Part shown: positions 13,331 to 26,587 of the stretch, one piece after another
Numbering within the stretch: the first letter of the stretch is position 1
Layout of the letters: each line of letters begins with the position of its first letter
Assembly: GCA_002633005.1 (NCBI GenBank)
Contig: NMRA01000058.1
Coordinates: forward strand, 474,916-538,915
From: Phoronis australis
Lineage: Eukaryota; Animalia; Phoronida
Direction of reading: 5' to 3'
DNA: 64,000 nucleotides
Notes under the pieces: model-generated
Seen by the model: only the letters and a program-made list of their open reading frames with translations
Database searches by the model: none
What the model was told of the DNA's origin: nothing
Translations under genes and position numbers: made by a program

Positions 13331-14524
13331 CTATAACTATTTAAAGCAGACTTCTTGCCTAAAAGTTTGTTTGGTGGAAAAACTGAAAACATTTTGATGG
13401 AAGGGGGATTGTATTTTCAACTCATTAGACAGGCATCAATTTTCTGATGGACCTTTTGGATTTTGAAACCATATTCATGATCTGGGAGATATTGAAAGAG
13501 ATATAAGCTTTCAAACTGGACTCACTATGCAGAACAATAAAAGTGAAACCCGAGCCCTCCAGGGCAAAGTGAGTAAATTCTTCCCAGTTAAATAAAATAA
13601 CTATCGTATACTTTGTTTTTCAGAAATATTTTGTTTTCCAAAATTGTTTCACCTCCGGGTATAGATTATAGCTCGACTGATATTTACCCTAGGCAACAAA
13701 CCTTGTCCACATAAACTCTTGTTGCTTCCTTATTTTAGAATTTTCAAATATTATCACAGAAAGGTTTATACAGAAAGTGTCCTGAAATTAGTGAGAACAC
13801 GTGTGTATCTTTGAGATGTTACTTCATGGGACTTTTATGGTACAAGTTTCAGAAACTCCTACTCTTCTTAACTACACAACATGATATAATCTTAATAAGT
13901 GAAATGTTATCATGTTACCAGGATTTCATTAATAAATGCTCTAGAGACCAGGCAAACCCTAATTATACAGAAGTTAAGTTCTGCCGGTATAATTACTGTA
14001 TTCTAAGAGAAATTCAATAACCGAAATCATTTAGGTAAGCTACAATTAATACAGCCCCAGAAATGCAGTAAATCCAGGTTCCCATTCACTCTTTTGCACA
14101 TGAAGGAGTAAGACCATGCTCGGAAGACCAGGAGACACCTTTGTGCAATGCTCGATTGTCAGCCAGTAACGCCAGGATAAGAACCCGGGTCTCCCAAACG
14201 GGAGTCGGGAGCCGCACTGTCTCATGCCAGTTAAAATGCTTATCCATAATATTTCAGGATTCAAATTTAAAGTAGTCAAACCAATCTCCCCGTTAAAAAA
14301 TCATGTTGAATTATGAGGGTGATCCTCTAACTTCCTTTGCTACCACTAATTTAAGTCTATGGCATGAAAAAGAAGTTTTTGTTAACCAATTGAGCATGGG
14401 TCTATACCTCAACTCACAGAAGTTGTACTTGTATCATAATTTTATCAACTAATAATTATACCTGTGTTGTAACTAATAATGAAGCTTACTACTTGCTTAT
14501 ATGTCCGGTCTATAATGTTGGGCG

Positions 14525-16150
14525 TGATGGAGCTACACTGACGTCGGACTTCAGGCATGTCAGTTAAAACATACATCGGCGGATTGAAGTAACGGCTTTA
14601 GACGGCCTCAAGTGGAATAGCGCACACGATACAGTGGCGCCGTGATCCCGAGCGTAATTGGGTATTTACGTACCTTGGTCACTGATGGTCATCTCTTAGA
14701 ACTAAGGTATTTCTACAGGTAGGCGCCAGCGTTCAGTACGGCAAGTAATTCTTGAGAGAAAAGTAAGATCCCCCAAGACTCCGCTAGTTCACCATGTATT
14801 TTTAAGGTAAGCATGTGATTTGCTCCCTGCTATATAATTTGGCAACCAAACATGTGGTAATGACAGGTCTTCCTAATACTTTGAAGGTTTGAACTATGTA
14901 ACATATTATATACATTTTGTTTCTGTATTGAACAGCCAAAGCTGACCTCCCAAAATTTGTTCAAAGCAGTGCTCAACAATCCAACGATACTACTATTAAG
15001 CAAAAGGGGTGGTCGGTTGGCTGGGAAAATAATGAAGCAAAAACACATCATGTAAAAAGTCATCGAGCAAATCAAGAGTTAAAAAAACAAGTTTTTGACC
15101 ACGTGGAATGTTCGACTTGCTCTTAACGACAAGTTGATTTCATGCGCCGTTGCTTTTGGTTGGGCGCTTTCATTTTGGTGTCAGGAGTGAGTCCTTAAAA
15201 ACATTCCGTTAACCAAGACAAGTAGCTAATGTCACCACAATGGCTCATGTCTGCTTATATTCAAAGCAATGTGACAGTTTCTCCTTTTACTCTGCCATGA
15301 ATTCAGTGTTGAATTGAGAGAATTTGAGCCTGACAACGTATACGATTCGTATACGGTTTCCATCTCAAATAATATCGTTGGTCATGCACCAGCGAGTGTG
15401 CTCCTGTTTTTTCTTATTTCATTGCTCAGGGTGGTGATGTTTTGTGTACTGTCACAGGGAATCACAGAAAGGCAGGCCACGGACTTAATTAACCTGTCAG
15501 GCACCACTTTGTTGGTTCTTTAAGGGCAACGAAATAAATTTGACAAGAACTGTCTCAGTGATCAGTACATGCTGACACGAGTTCAACGCCTGAGTGAAAC
15601 AAAACAATTGTCTCCTTCAGTGAAGAGCATGAGAACACGGGCATGCTTTCAGTAACACTAGGACCAGCTACGTTAGGACCTATGCTAGGACCTATGCTAG
15701 GACCTATGCTAGGACCTATGCTAGGACCTATGCTAGGACCTATGCTAGGACCTATGCTAGGACCTATGCTAGGACCTAGCTAAAATCTAGCCAAAGTCGT
15801 GTGTTCTTATTTAAAATACATACCAATATCTCACGTAACCTCCCAACGTCTTGCTGTTTAGCGAGGACCTAGCGTTACTGAACGGGAAGCGGGTATTTTA
15901 CCGCCATCGTAAGGCAAGGTTCCGCTAACACTGATAGATTGTCACTGAAAGGTAAGGGAGTTGAGCATGTTTTGGAATCTTAGTTTTGTGCGACAAGTGT
16001 TCACACAAGCACAGACACTTTTCAGGAGGTCTCATCGTGAAAAATTAGGGGTGGGCGGCAAGCCAAGCATGGAAGCTTAAAAAAGAAAAATTGGAAAATT
16101 TTGGGGGTGGGCAGTAAGCCGAGCATAGGCGGTAACCCGGACAAGTACGG
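14525..16150. mobile_element. Tc1/mariner (pogo-like) non-autonomous element fragment
   Basis: Ends in ggcggtaacccggacaagtacgg|ta. Rearranged, mostly inverted homologous blocks occur at about 40030-41000. Confidence 0.5.
15674..15778. repeat. 12-bp tandem repeat (TAGGACCTATGC)n, about 9 copies
   Basis: Directly visible, near-perfect array. Confidence 0.95.
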
Positions 16151-16428
16151 TACTCCAAACCTTTGTCATCTCATTTTTGAATGTCGTAGTAAGCAACTGA
16201 TTTATTAATTTCTACGCTATGCTGAGCTTTTCTTTGTTTAATATTTTTCAATATGTTAGTTCTTTTATCTCATATGATTTCCTTTTCTTTTGTTTTTTTC
16301 CTTTGTGTTATTAGCCACTATTATATTTTTACTTAAATAATTTATGGCTATGTACATGTAAGGTTACATATAATGATTCATTTTCTGGGAAAATTCCCTG
16401 TACAATTATTGTACTGTGTTATACAAAC

Positions 16429-16555
16429 CTTTCATAATTGTATCTGTTTTGGAGAAACTGCCTGTGCGCAGCCTTTGTATCTTGATCCAAGTTAGAAGTT
16501 GATTCCTGCAGCTGGGTCATTTTCACTTGATTTTCTTCGATGTTTTTCTCTAAAG
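16429..16555 (-). CDS. SIX6OS1: SIX6OS1/C14orf39-like gene, coding exon 3 (127 nt, phase 1-2): (A)LEKNIEENQVKMTQLQESTSNLDQDTKAAHRQFLQNRYNYE
   Basis: Acceptor gttcacag| and donor |gtttgt. The open frame fits both neighbouring exons. I.EN.V...E.....D matches the recalled human IKENKVTICRIHETINATD. Confidence 0.82.
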
Positions 16556-16744
16556 CTGTGAACGAACAGAACCACTTCATAAATCACACAATTCTCTGGA
16601 ACTGTAATACATCAGAAATTCATTTGCAATCTACAAAGTTGACAACATGTCAGTCATATTTTCTTAGCCGTGCCTGTGAAATCCAATGGGAAACTAGGTG
16701 TAAAACATGGGGAAAATCACATAAATTTATACTAAAATATGTTA

Positions 16745-17910
16745 TTTTTGCCATGTTGAGAAACTAGTGCTAAGTATTACCTTTCTACTTCCCAGGGTGA
16801 GAATTTTACACGTTTGACACTCTTGAGCTTGTCAAATGCGTCAAACATGTAAAAAGCGTGTAGTATGTGTCAAAATTGCCACGCTAACGTGTAAAACGTG
16901 TAAAATTTTACACACTAGCATGTCAAATGTGTAATGTGCCACTCTAGCTTGTCAAACGTGTAAAAGTTGACACGCTAGCTAGCGTATCAAATGTGTAAAT
17001 ATGATAGAACTCTTCAATAGAGATACAATTTAAATAGGCTTGGCAGTTCTGAATAGGTCGCTGAGAGGTAATCACCCAATTTGAATGACTAAACATGTTC
17101 CCTTAATAATATAAAAGAATTTGCAACAAAAGTATTTCACTGCCTTTTCAAATGTACAAATACTGACAGAGATACAGTTGGTTTAGCTGTCAGAGAGTGC
17201 AGTTGAGTCAGGAGACCACTTATGAAGCATGGTTTTCGAGTGTGATGCAGCTCTAGATGTTTGGTATGTACGTATTCTAGTTGACAGTGGCTTGTTAAAC
17301 CTTTCTTGCAAATGGTCTTTCTGTTAAACAAGTAAGTTGGACTGTAACAGAAAACAAGAGAGTCAGTAGAAACACACTACATGTGTCAATCATGGAGTAT
17401 TAGAACAAAAATTACACATTTTTGTCACGTTTTTGCCACCTTTGACACGCTACATTTTACACGTTTGACATGTCACGTTTTACACGTTTGACACTAGACA
17501 CGCTGTTCCAATACTCCACTTTCTCAGAGGGTGTAAAACCTGTAAAACTCTAACCCGGGTCATTAGCTTAGATCGACATGAATAGAAAGGGCTTGCTAAA
17601 TAGGCATTATAAAAGTTTTCTGAGGGCAAAGAGAATCTCAGGGTTGACCAGTGTAAGTGAGAAGTTCTCTACATGTACTTTCTTGAGTTAAAATCGATAG
17701 TTCTGCAGATATTTGGCTAAAAACACAGACTTGTATGTAAAGTTATGTAGGACTATCTCTGCAAGTCAGTGTATTTATCCAAATAGACTTGCTATAGATT
17801 TTAACTCAGTAAAAGTACATATTTTCTATTAGGCTGGTAAAATTTGGTTTTTGATCTTTAACCAATATGCCATTAATGGCATCATACGGCAATGCCTGTT
17901 TAGTAAAATT
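16745..17910. mobile_element. Foldback/long-inverted-repeat element, family F, copy 1, hosting a MITE
   Basis: Imperfect palindrome centred near 17747 (atgtactttcttgagttaaaatc / gattttaactcagtaaaagtacat). The arm is homologous to 37060-37200 and, inverted, to 41820-41945. Confidence 0.5.
16792..17559 (+). mobile_element. CCCGGG-terminus MITE (CACTA/EnSpm-like), family M, copy 1
   Basis: TIR CC(A/C)GGGT(G/T)AGA(A/G)TTTTACA, 2-bp TSD TC, and many ACACGTTTGACA subterminal repeats. The empty site gcttcattagc is visible near 37091. Confidence 0.8.
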
Positions 17911-17989
17911 TAGCAAACAAAAAGTTACATTGATAACAACGTGATTCACATCCTTTGTGAATTTTGGCACTTTAAATTATAACTTTGAT

Positions 17990-18540
17990 TTAGAACTCTT
18001 GAAAATTTGGGAAAAGTAACTGTTATAAAATCACTTATTTCCAAAATTAACCATTTATCATTGTTCATTGCCTATTCCATCTTCAACCTTTTTAAATAAA
18101 GTGAACGATTTGTTTTTCTTTAACTTGGAAATACGAATCCGACAAGATTAAGAGAGCTATATTGACAAAAAGCATCAGAGAAGGGGGTGTTAATATGATA
18201 GACCTGAAACATTTTAATGTAAAGCCCTCAAACTTTCATGCATAAGGAGACATTATAACGCTCAATACAAGTAGAGACTGCTTATTGACGCAGAGTTTGG
18301 TATTGCAAATAATGACATTTCAAAACACGGGAGATTTTCCTTGACAGACAAATTGAATGTTAATAACAAACTTTGCCGTGAATGTTTACAACATCTTTAA
18401 TTAGAAAACAGTATGATGATGTGGACAAGCATAAATGCTTGTTTCTGCAAATATTTTAAACAACAGTAAAATTCTAGTAGGCGAGCAACCCTTTTAAGTG
18501 GAATCTTTTTTAAAGAAAAATGGTATTTCACTCAAATATA
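17990..18540 (+). pseudogene. Fragment of Tx1/L1-type LINE ORF2 (post-RT region)
   Basis: Frameshifted peptides GKVTVIKSL..SKINHL and WKYESDKIKRAILTKSIREGGVNMIDLKHF..ALKLSCIRR. Confidence 0.7.
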
Positions 18541-18544
18541 TTTA

Positions 18545-20402
18545 TGTGAGCATATGGACCCGTCTTACTCCTTTACCCCCTTTATTCGGTCTAGTCCATT
18601 AATTCCTTTGTGCAGGACTACTGGTCATTCTCCCAGCCTCATTGGTCAATTGTTATCACGTGCTCAGAGTTTGGTCAGCTCTGGGCTCTCATAGGCTGAT
18701 GATTGTCACGTGTCTTTAGGAATTCACATTTGTTATTGTAACCTCGTTTTTTGTCGACCTCCTTCGTTCAGGCCTCGTTGACATACGACTAAAACTTCTC
18801 AAATGTTTCGTGGCACGCCATTCTCCTAACGATAAGCTCGTTTCCCTATCTTTGTACGATGCCTATTCCCTGTGTTCGTCTCGGTTCTTCATATATTCGT
18901 TGGCTGGGCCAGTTTGCCCAGTCCCGCTCTCCTCAGGTTAACCTGGGGTTTGATTCCCTCATTATGCAGTCACATTTTCTGGGTTTGTCAGGTGCCACCC
19001 TGTCGCCGGGCCCCCGATCCATGTACCAACACGTCCTCCGACTGTCCTGCATTCCCCCCCGTTTCGTTTTCCTTCAGGTCGGAGGGAACGACATCTCGTC
19101 CCCATCCTCCGATCCCATCCGCGTTGCTCGTTCATTTACACTCTTGCCCTACACATCCTTTCCCACTTCCCCTCCATCCAACGCATCATTGTTGGTCAGG
19201 TTTTCCAACACTTTCACGACGACGGTGGGTTCAATCTTCGCTGCCGCTCCCTCAACACTGCCCTCCGTTCCTTACTCCGTCCCCCCTCCTCTGTATCCCT
19301 CTGGACCCACCGCGGCGGTTTCTGGCGAGACCCTTTACTGTGACCGGGTCCACCTTAACCTGGCGGGTCTTCATAAACAAGCCCTCAGTGTTCGTTTTGC
19401 CTTTGGGTTCTATACCAGTTTGCCCCTTCCTCCTAATTCCGTCCCTTACCCGGCCACTAATTCCCGGTCACGAATTTGTATTTCCCTCTTACCCCTATTC
19501 TTATCAAGCCCCTACCCCACTTGTGTCGGTGTCACGCCCGGCATTGTCTGCCTCTGGCTTCCCCGTTCTCGGCACTGTGTGCCGTCACTCCCTTTCTGCT
19601 CTCTGCGTCAGAGGCACCCTTTCTGGCACTGTGTGCCTATTTGTTCCCTTGTACATTCTCATCGATTTTTCAAGCCTTATCCACCTACGCCACTTGCGTG
19701 GCAGTGCCTTTTTGGCATAATCTGTCCCCTGTCCCCAGTGTTTCTCCACGCCCCTCACACCCTTCCTCCCACATATTTTTGGCCCCTCAATGGTGGCTTA
19801 TTCCACCCTCGCTTTTCGGCCGTTCTCCTCCCCAGTGCCTTTTCGGCTTCATATGCCTCCCTGTCTCCAGTTTTCAAAGCTGGTTGTCACCCCTTTCTCC
19901 CCTAAGTCTTTTCGGCCACTCACTGGCGGCCTGTTATGCCCTTGCTTTTCGGTACTTCTCCTCCCCTCTTCTTTCCCTTTCAGATGCCTCGGAAATCGAC
20001 ACGTGCTTCAACCTCACCATACGCTCGCCCATCACCATCTTCAACGGTGACCACTTCCACCGCCTCAGCTCCACCAACTCCAGACATCTCTACCAACGTG
20101 GCGACTGTCATCTCGCAACTCCGGGAGGACCCATCTCTCTTGACACCATCCTCGTCAACCACTTCACTGTCTCCCGTTGCCACTGCACCAGCGCCTCAAC
20201 CGGCTACCGTCTCCACACCCGGGAATCAGCCTCAACCAACTGCTTCGCCACCCAGCCTGCCGCCCATATCTGGTGACGACCCTTAATCTTGATGAGGTTC
20301 ATAACCTTGATTGTTACGGACCAGTTCGTTGATTTTTACCATGTTCTGCCCCCCACTCAATCGTTCTCTGTCCTGTCCATTACTCTCCGGGATGACCAGC
20401 AG
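18545..20402 (+). mobile_element. DIRS/Ngaro-like retrotransposon relic: SGNH-hydrolase-like ORF followed by a gag-like N-terminus (resumes at 29649-29740)
   Basis: ORF 18859 has LGSSYIRWL, LQVGGNDI and DRVHLNLAG (SGNH blocks I, III, V). Then MPRKSTRASTSPYARP... (about 19984) and IVTDQFVDF, and after the Gypsy insert KSLQNSNKWFLTF. Strongly pyrimidine-rich. No RT or tyrosine recombinase seen. Confidence 0.55.
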
Positions 20403-20487
20403 GTCATTGTTCTGAAGTTGTATGGCTTCTTGTTTAGTATTTTGTGTTTTTGAATTAACCTGGCAGATGGTGCTCAACAACTAAACA

Positions 20488-20505
20488 TGGTGGCAGCGGT
20501 GGGAT
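20488..20505 (+). promoter_or_regulatory. Primer-binding site complementary to the tRNA-Leu 3' end
   Basis: TGGTGGCAGCGGTGGGAT immediately follows the 5' LTR and is complementary to ...AUCCCACCGCUGCCACCA. Confidence 0.85.
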
Positions 20506-23500
20506 AAAATTTGCGCCGAAAACTCTGCAAATTGTGCATGTTAAACTGTGGGTGAATACAAGTCACAATGGCAAAAATTAGTCCCCCAGATGCAGCAGCT
20601 TTCCCCTTTGACAAACCCTTGCTGTGGCCTGAGTGGCGTAAACGTTTCATGCAATATTGACTCGCATCCAAACTGAACAAAGACGACGGGGAAGTCCAAG
20701 TAGCGGCCACACTTATTTACAGCATGGGCACCGATGCTGAAAATGTCTTCAAAACGTTTGGCCTGAGTGATCCCGATGCTAAGACATTTGACATTGTCAT
20801 AGAAAAATTTGATGCCCACTTCATCCCAAAAAGAAACATTATACACGAACGAGCCATATTCAACCAGAAAGTCCCGCATGCCGATGAAAATGTTGAGTCA
20901 TTTTTACGAGCGTTGTATGAACAGGCCAACCACTGTGACTTCCAAGACAGAGACGACATGATACGCAACCGGCTTGTCATAGGACGCGATCAAGATGTGT
21001 CAAAAGTTACAACTGAAATCAGGGCTTACACTCCAACAAGCTATCTTGTCTGCTCGACAGGCCGAGCAGGTTAACTCCCAGATCTGGCAGTTGTCACTCG
21101 CAACTGGCCCAGTTAAGGCCATAGGTGCCATCAGAGGTCATAGACGAGGTCAGCATCACGTTCTCCGTGGTAGAGGCAAAAGTAGGCCTAAGCATGACAG
21201 CGACACACCTTTACGCGACAGCGGCACGCAACAGAATTGTGGTCAATGCGGTTACAGTGAACACAAACGCGGTGAAATATGCCCTGCAACTGATCAGCTA
21301 TGCAACAGATGTCATCAAAAAGGACCTTTCAAATCACAGTGCAGGTCAAACAAAATTAAAGATATTCATTGGAAACGGTGAAGAAAGTGAGTCAAACGCA
21401 TACGTCCTTGGTAGTTGTACAGTTGCCGATGACAACGAGGACACGTCTGACAATTGGACAGTGAATCTGACAATCCACGGCAACTTAGTCAAGTTCAAGA
21501 TCGATACCGGAGCCGATATTTCGATCATGCCAGAGTCCGTCTACGAGACACTCAAACCCCGACCCGGTTTAGAGCAGACAAAAACTGTTTTGTTCACGCG
21601 CCTAGCGGTAGACTTAAGGCGTCAGGTTCTTTTCTCGCATCAGTAAAACATGATGAGAGTAAATACATAGTTCCGCGTCTTTGTTGTATCCGGAACAAAG
21701 AGTTGTCTGTTGAGCCGAAATGTTTCCACGAAACTTGGACTTGTTTGACGCGTGGGTGAAAGAGTGTGTTTTTGCTACAACAGGACTACTGACGTGTGAC
21801 CCGATAAGATACATTTGAAAGAAAACGTATAGTTTGAACGCAGCGAGGCGAATACCCATACCACTGATGCCGAAAGTTATAAGGCTGAAATCGAGCGATT
21901 TTGGTTGCAGGTGACATAATCAAACCAGTAACTCAGCCTACTCCGTGGTGTGCGCCGATTGTTAATTCCTGTTGCTAAGATTAAGGATGGAAGTGTCCGT
22001 ATATGCGGAGATTTAAAGAAACTGAACCTCGCAGTGCAACGTGAACGTTTATGTTCTACCTACTTTACTACACCAGATGCTTCTAGTGGGTATTGGGCTG
22101 TTCCACTGCAAGAGGAGAGTTGCCTTCTCACTACGTTTATCACACCGATGGGCCGTTTTTGTTTTAAACATTTACCGTTTGGAATTAGCTGTGCTAGCGA
22201 GATATTCCAGAGAATTATGAACGAGTTACTTGAGGGTACTCAAGCAATCATTTGGCCAGATCACTTTTGATATATGGCAAGACCGTGAGTGAGCACGACG
22301 CAATGCTAGAAACCGTCATGAAGAGAACTGAAGAGTCCGGATTGAAACTAAACCGAGCCATTAGTGTTCGTTTCGTCAGAGTCAGTTGAGATACATCGGG
22401 CATAAATTCAATGCTTCAGGATTAATGAGTCCCGATGAGACAAAAGTACGTGCAATCATGGATCTTGAGCCGCCTACAAACGTGATGGAATTAACTTCGC
22501 AGTTCTAGGCATGGTAAAGTATCTTGGAAGATATTTGCCATCTCGCAACTGTAATGGCACCTATGAACGAACTGCTTTGTAAAGACATTGAGTTCCATTG
22601 GGGAGTTGCCCAAGAAAAATCGTTCAACAAAGAAGTTAAAGAACTCATTTGCAATAGCCCAGTACTGGCATATTATGATGCAACCTTATCCACTGTTGTG
22701 GGTTGTGATGCTAGTAGCTATGGCATCGGCAGTGTTATCATGCAACAGCATGCTATTGCTTTCTGTTCAAGAAAATTAACGCCAGCTGAAAAAAACTATG
22801 CCCAAATTGAAAAAGAGTGTTTGGCAGCCACATGGGTTTGCGAAAAATTCCATCGATATTTATTGGGGACTGGAGTCATTCCGTCTAATAACCGACCATA
22901 AACCGCTTGTCCCTCTGCTGAATACGTGTGACATTGATTGTGTACCGTTACGTTGTCAGAGGCTTATTATAAGACTGTGCCTTTCAGTTTGCAAGCAGAG
23001 CAGTCTTTCCTGGCAAACTCATGGTTGTGGCAGATGCTTTATCCAGAGCACCCATTAGAGAAACCGAGTCTGAGCTACTGAACACGAGGTGGCATTCCAT
23101 GTCAATGCTGTAATCGACGCCAAGTCTATGTTTCACAGGAAACTAGTTGCGATCCAAGTAGTGACTGAGCAAGATGAAGAGCTCCAGCGAAGCCATTGAA
23201 TTGACCATGAATGGTTGGCCAGCCCATAAGAGTTCCGTCATCCGCGCTAGAGTTCTACAATGTGAGACACAGCCTTTCAGTAGCCAACGGTGTACTACTG
23301 ATAGGTTCCTGTATTGTAATACCACAAACTATGCGCAAAGATATTCTAAGTCGCATTCACGATGGACACATGGAAATTAACAAATGCTGCGAAAGAGCCC
23401 CGCATTAACGACGACATACAGATTTATTCGTGAATGTGAGTTTTGTCAAGTGCACCGACCAACACAGAAACACGAGCCACTGATCGTTACACCACAACTT

Positions 23501-24515
23501 AATAGACCATGGCAAAAACTGGCCGTTGAGACTTATGTGAGGTAAACAAAGTGAAATGTCTTGTTATTATGGACTATTATTCCAAGTGGTTGGAGGTAAT
23601 TCGTATGACCGACACAACAGCATCTCGAGTAATTGCAGAAGAAAAAGCAGTGTTCGCGCGCTTTGGAATCCCAGAGGAAATCGTATCGAACAATGGTCCC
23701 CCGTTTGATTCTGAAGCAATGAGGCGTTTTGCTGCATAGTATGGTATTGTTAATTCTTACGACAGTCCTCACAACCCACAGGCTAATGGCCCCCATACAA
23801 AAAGGAAAAGTTGAGCTTCAATTGAGTTTCAATTGAAATTCAATTAAATTTCAATAGAAAATTGAATTTCTATTGAATATGTCTATTGAATGGAAATTCA
23901 ATTGGCACTTCCCTTGAAACTGATTATGCCATCAATTGAATGGCTACTGAACGGCTATTGACTTTCTGCACTTAGAAAATTTTTAGCTGTTCTGTATTGA
24001 ATGGCTATTGAATTCCAGGACTTAGAAAAATTTTGGCAGTTCGGAATTGAATAGTTATAATTGAATTTCAGGATGTCGTGGAATTGAATGGCTATTGAAT
24101 TTTAAGACTTAGGGAATTTCTGGATGCTCTGATTTAACAACAAGTTACCAGCAATATTTATTTTAAACATGTTGTCACGTTTTTCCCCGTGTGTGGGTGG
24201 GCGCAGGTTGTTACAGACTGGTGCTAATAGCTTTCGGTGCGACGATTGACTGAAGACTGGTTCGAGTTAATCCTTTATTAATCCTGACCATATGTTCACA
24301 AGCCTACTCAAACAAAATGTCCGACGTAATGTCTGTTTATGCTCCAGCCAGTGCTGCGAAGCCTTGACTTGTGATGAACTTTTGAGACACGTTCAGCAAC
24401 TATTACACTCGTTGATTCAATAACCTGCTATCTCTATAGCCGGTACTCTATTGACTATCGCTGTAACTGCTGATTCTCTTCACTGCAACTCAAATGCAAT
24501 TCTCCTGATTAACTT

Positions 24516-24808
24516 TCTTGAACTGACTTGATCTTCTCTTGAACTGACTTGATCTTCTCTTGAACTGACTTGATCTTCTCTTGAACTGACTTGATCTTCT
24601 CTTGAACAGGCTTGATCTTCTCTTGAACTGACTTGATCTTCTCTTGAACTGACTTGATCTTCTCTTGAACTGACTTGATCTTCTCTTGAACTGACTTGAT
24701 CTTCTCTTGAACTGACTTGATCTGCTCTTGAACTGACTTGATCTTCTCTTGAACTGACTTGATCTGCTCTTGAACTGACTTGATCTTCTCTTGAACTGAC
24801 TTGATCTT
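24516..24808. repeat. 21-bp tandem repeat (TCTTGAACTGACTTGATCTTC)n, about 14 copies, inside the solo LTR
   Basis: Directly visible. It generates the spurious (RRSSQFK)n ORF. Confidence 0.97.
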
Positions 24809-24831
24809 ACTAACACAAACTCGTGCTTGTG

Positions 24832-25053
24832 TATTTATAGCCTAATGCATTGTTCTGGAACTTTACATCAATTCAAGCACATTCTAGAACTTTCATGAAT
24901 CTACCCAACCATTTTACAAACATGCACTAGTCTCTAGAATATTCCAGACTGCATTAATCACTGTCATGCTAGAGTCTTCTAGGAAGTTCCACACTATACT
25001 GTAGTAAACAAATTAGATCATCACTGTTCTAACCTCAGTCTTCTAGAAAGTTC
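24832..25053 (-). promoter_or_regulatory. TATA box with an upstream cluster of heat-shock-element-like motifs
   Basis: TTCtaGAActTTCatGAA (24882-24899, four units) and TTCtaGAAagTTC (25041-25053), with imperfect units near 24853, 24932 and 24977. TATAAATA on the minus strand at 24832-24839. Confidence 0.6.
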
Positions 25054-25337
25054 CACACTATTTTGTAGTGAACAAATTACATCATCACTGTACTTAACTC
25101 AGGGGTCAGAATAACAAAACAAAACAATACAACTAAAAATACTGTCAGACTATATTCTGACACATGTGTTACCAAATCGTTGTCCAGGTTACATTCCTGG
25201 AAAGTGACCTTTAAGATTTTCAAACCCTTTCAAACGGTTTTGGTCCAGCATACACTCTGCATGGATAGTGAAGAACTGATAGATTAAATGGTGAGTTTTT
25301 GATTTCAACATTGTATTTTTGTCAATTTGATTGTTAA

Positions 25338-26587
25338 AGTCCTGGTCTCACACGTTGTTAACCCTTATTACATGGTTAGATGATGTTAAGGATCCAAGAA
25401 GTACCTACCCCATAACTAATACACGATACGTACTCGAAAAAAATTTATTCACTCACGATTCGCACCCGAAGAACCACCGCCATTTTGAACTTGCCGCGAA
25501 CCCAGAAGTACAATTCATTCAGGAACCCAGGCCGAGAAAACACCATCAGTGCGACTGGAGCAGTGCCTGTACTGTTACCAGCCAGCAAACGGGGATAAAA
25601 TAATCGACAGCACGCCTTAATTTTAATAAAATCAAAATACGGACAATTTTATCGAATTTGCTGAAGAAATGTGGCAAATCAATTTTGACAGAAATTATTT
25701 TGCCAGACTCGGGAACGCAGCCTATCGGACCCGGTGCCGATCGAGACCAGACACTGGCGAACGGTAAACGCATGCGGTTGCAAGCTGTTTTGTCGAAGTA
25801 AAATGGTCAAATCATAAATACTGCTTATATTCAAGGGTAGTTTCAGACACTTGCATGAAATTACAAGCTGGTTAGTCCTGTGTCACACTGCCGCGGCAGA
25901 CCTTAGTTAGCTTCAGTGCCAGCTACCAGTGAAGACCATCGTCAAAATATAGCTTGATAGTAGGCCTATACAGCTTTGCGCCAAGGCTACCCTTAGGTCT
26001 AAGTGGTCGCTGGCCACAGCGCTCGCTCAAACGAGGTTTATTTAGAACTTGGGTACTTCTGGCGAACTGTGCAGAGTTGTTGGCTTTCAATAGAGATTTT
26101 CCCAGACTTTGTATGAGCACACCAAGCCTAAAAGAATGTGGGGAGGCTGGAATTTTTGGGAATGTCTATCTTTTACTATAAGATTCAGTGGGTATACTCA
26201 GAGCTATGAATTGCAGACGCTATATTTTGGTACTTCCCGTCTTGTAGTGGAACATTGTCTCATTTTCTACTTTTTTCGGAATTCGTGCTTCTGTGACTGA
26301 GGCAGACCTTTTTCCAGTAAAATAATGAAGACTTTTCGAGCAAGCGATAGCACATTCAGTTACAAGGAAAAAATGGCGGCGTTCAGGACAAGTTCCTGAA
26401 CTGATGAGCCAGAAATGTGAGTACGGAAATAACCGATTATACGCTCACAGAGAAGGGTCAAATACTGTTAAAATCGCTTTTCGCAAGAAAGGCGAAAAGA
26501 ATATAAAGAAAGGGTGTCGAAAATAAGAATTTATGTAGTAAGTATTTTCGGATACTTGAACCACATGGGCAGTTTGAGAGCAGGACT
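25338..26587 (-). mobile_element. Kolobok family K1, copy 2 (inverted, internal deletion of about 1.3 kb)
   Basis: TTAA at 25334-25337 and 26588-26591 with the same TIRs. The deletion junction near 26318 joins copy-1 positions about 3508 and 2220. Confidence 0.88.

Larger units (their letters stand above)
24173..25162 (-). mobile_element. Solo LTR (990 bp)
   Basis: TGTCA...TGACA ends and TSD CATGT (24168-24172, 25163-25167). The empty site aaacatgtgtt is seen near 30796. Minus-strand TATAAATA at 24832-24839 and AATAAA near 24275-24280. Confidence 0.88.

Noticed and set aside
24490-24816. ORF of (RRSSQFK)n; also a CRISPR-like appearance
   Set aside because: It is a translation of a 21-bp tandem repeat inside an LTR. 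There are no unique spacers and no cas genes.
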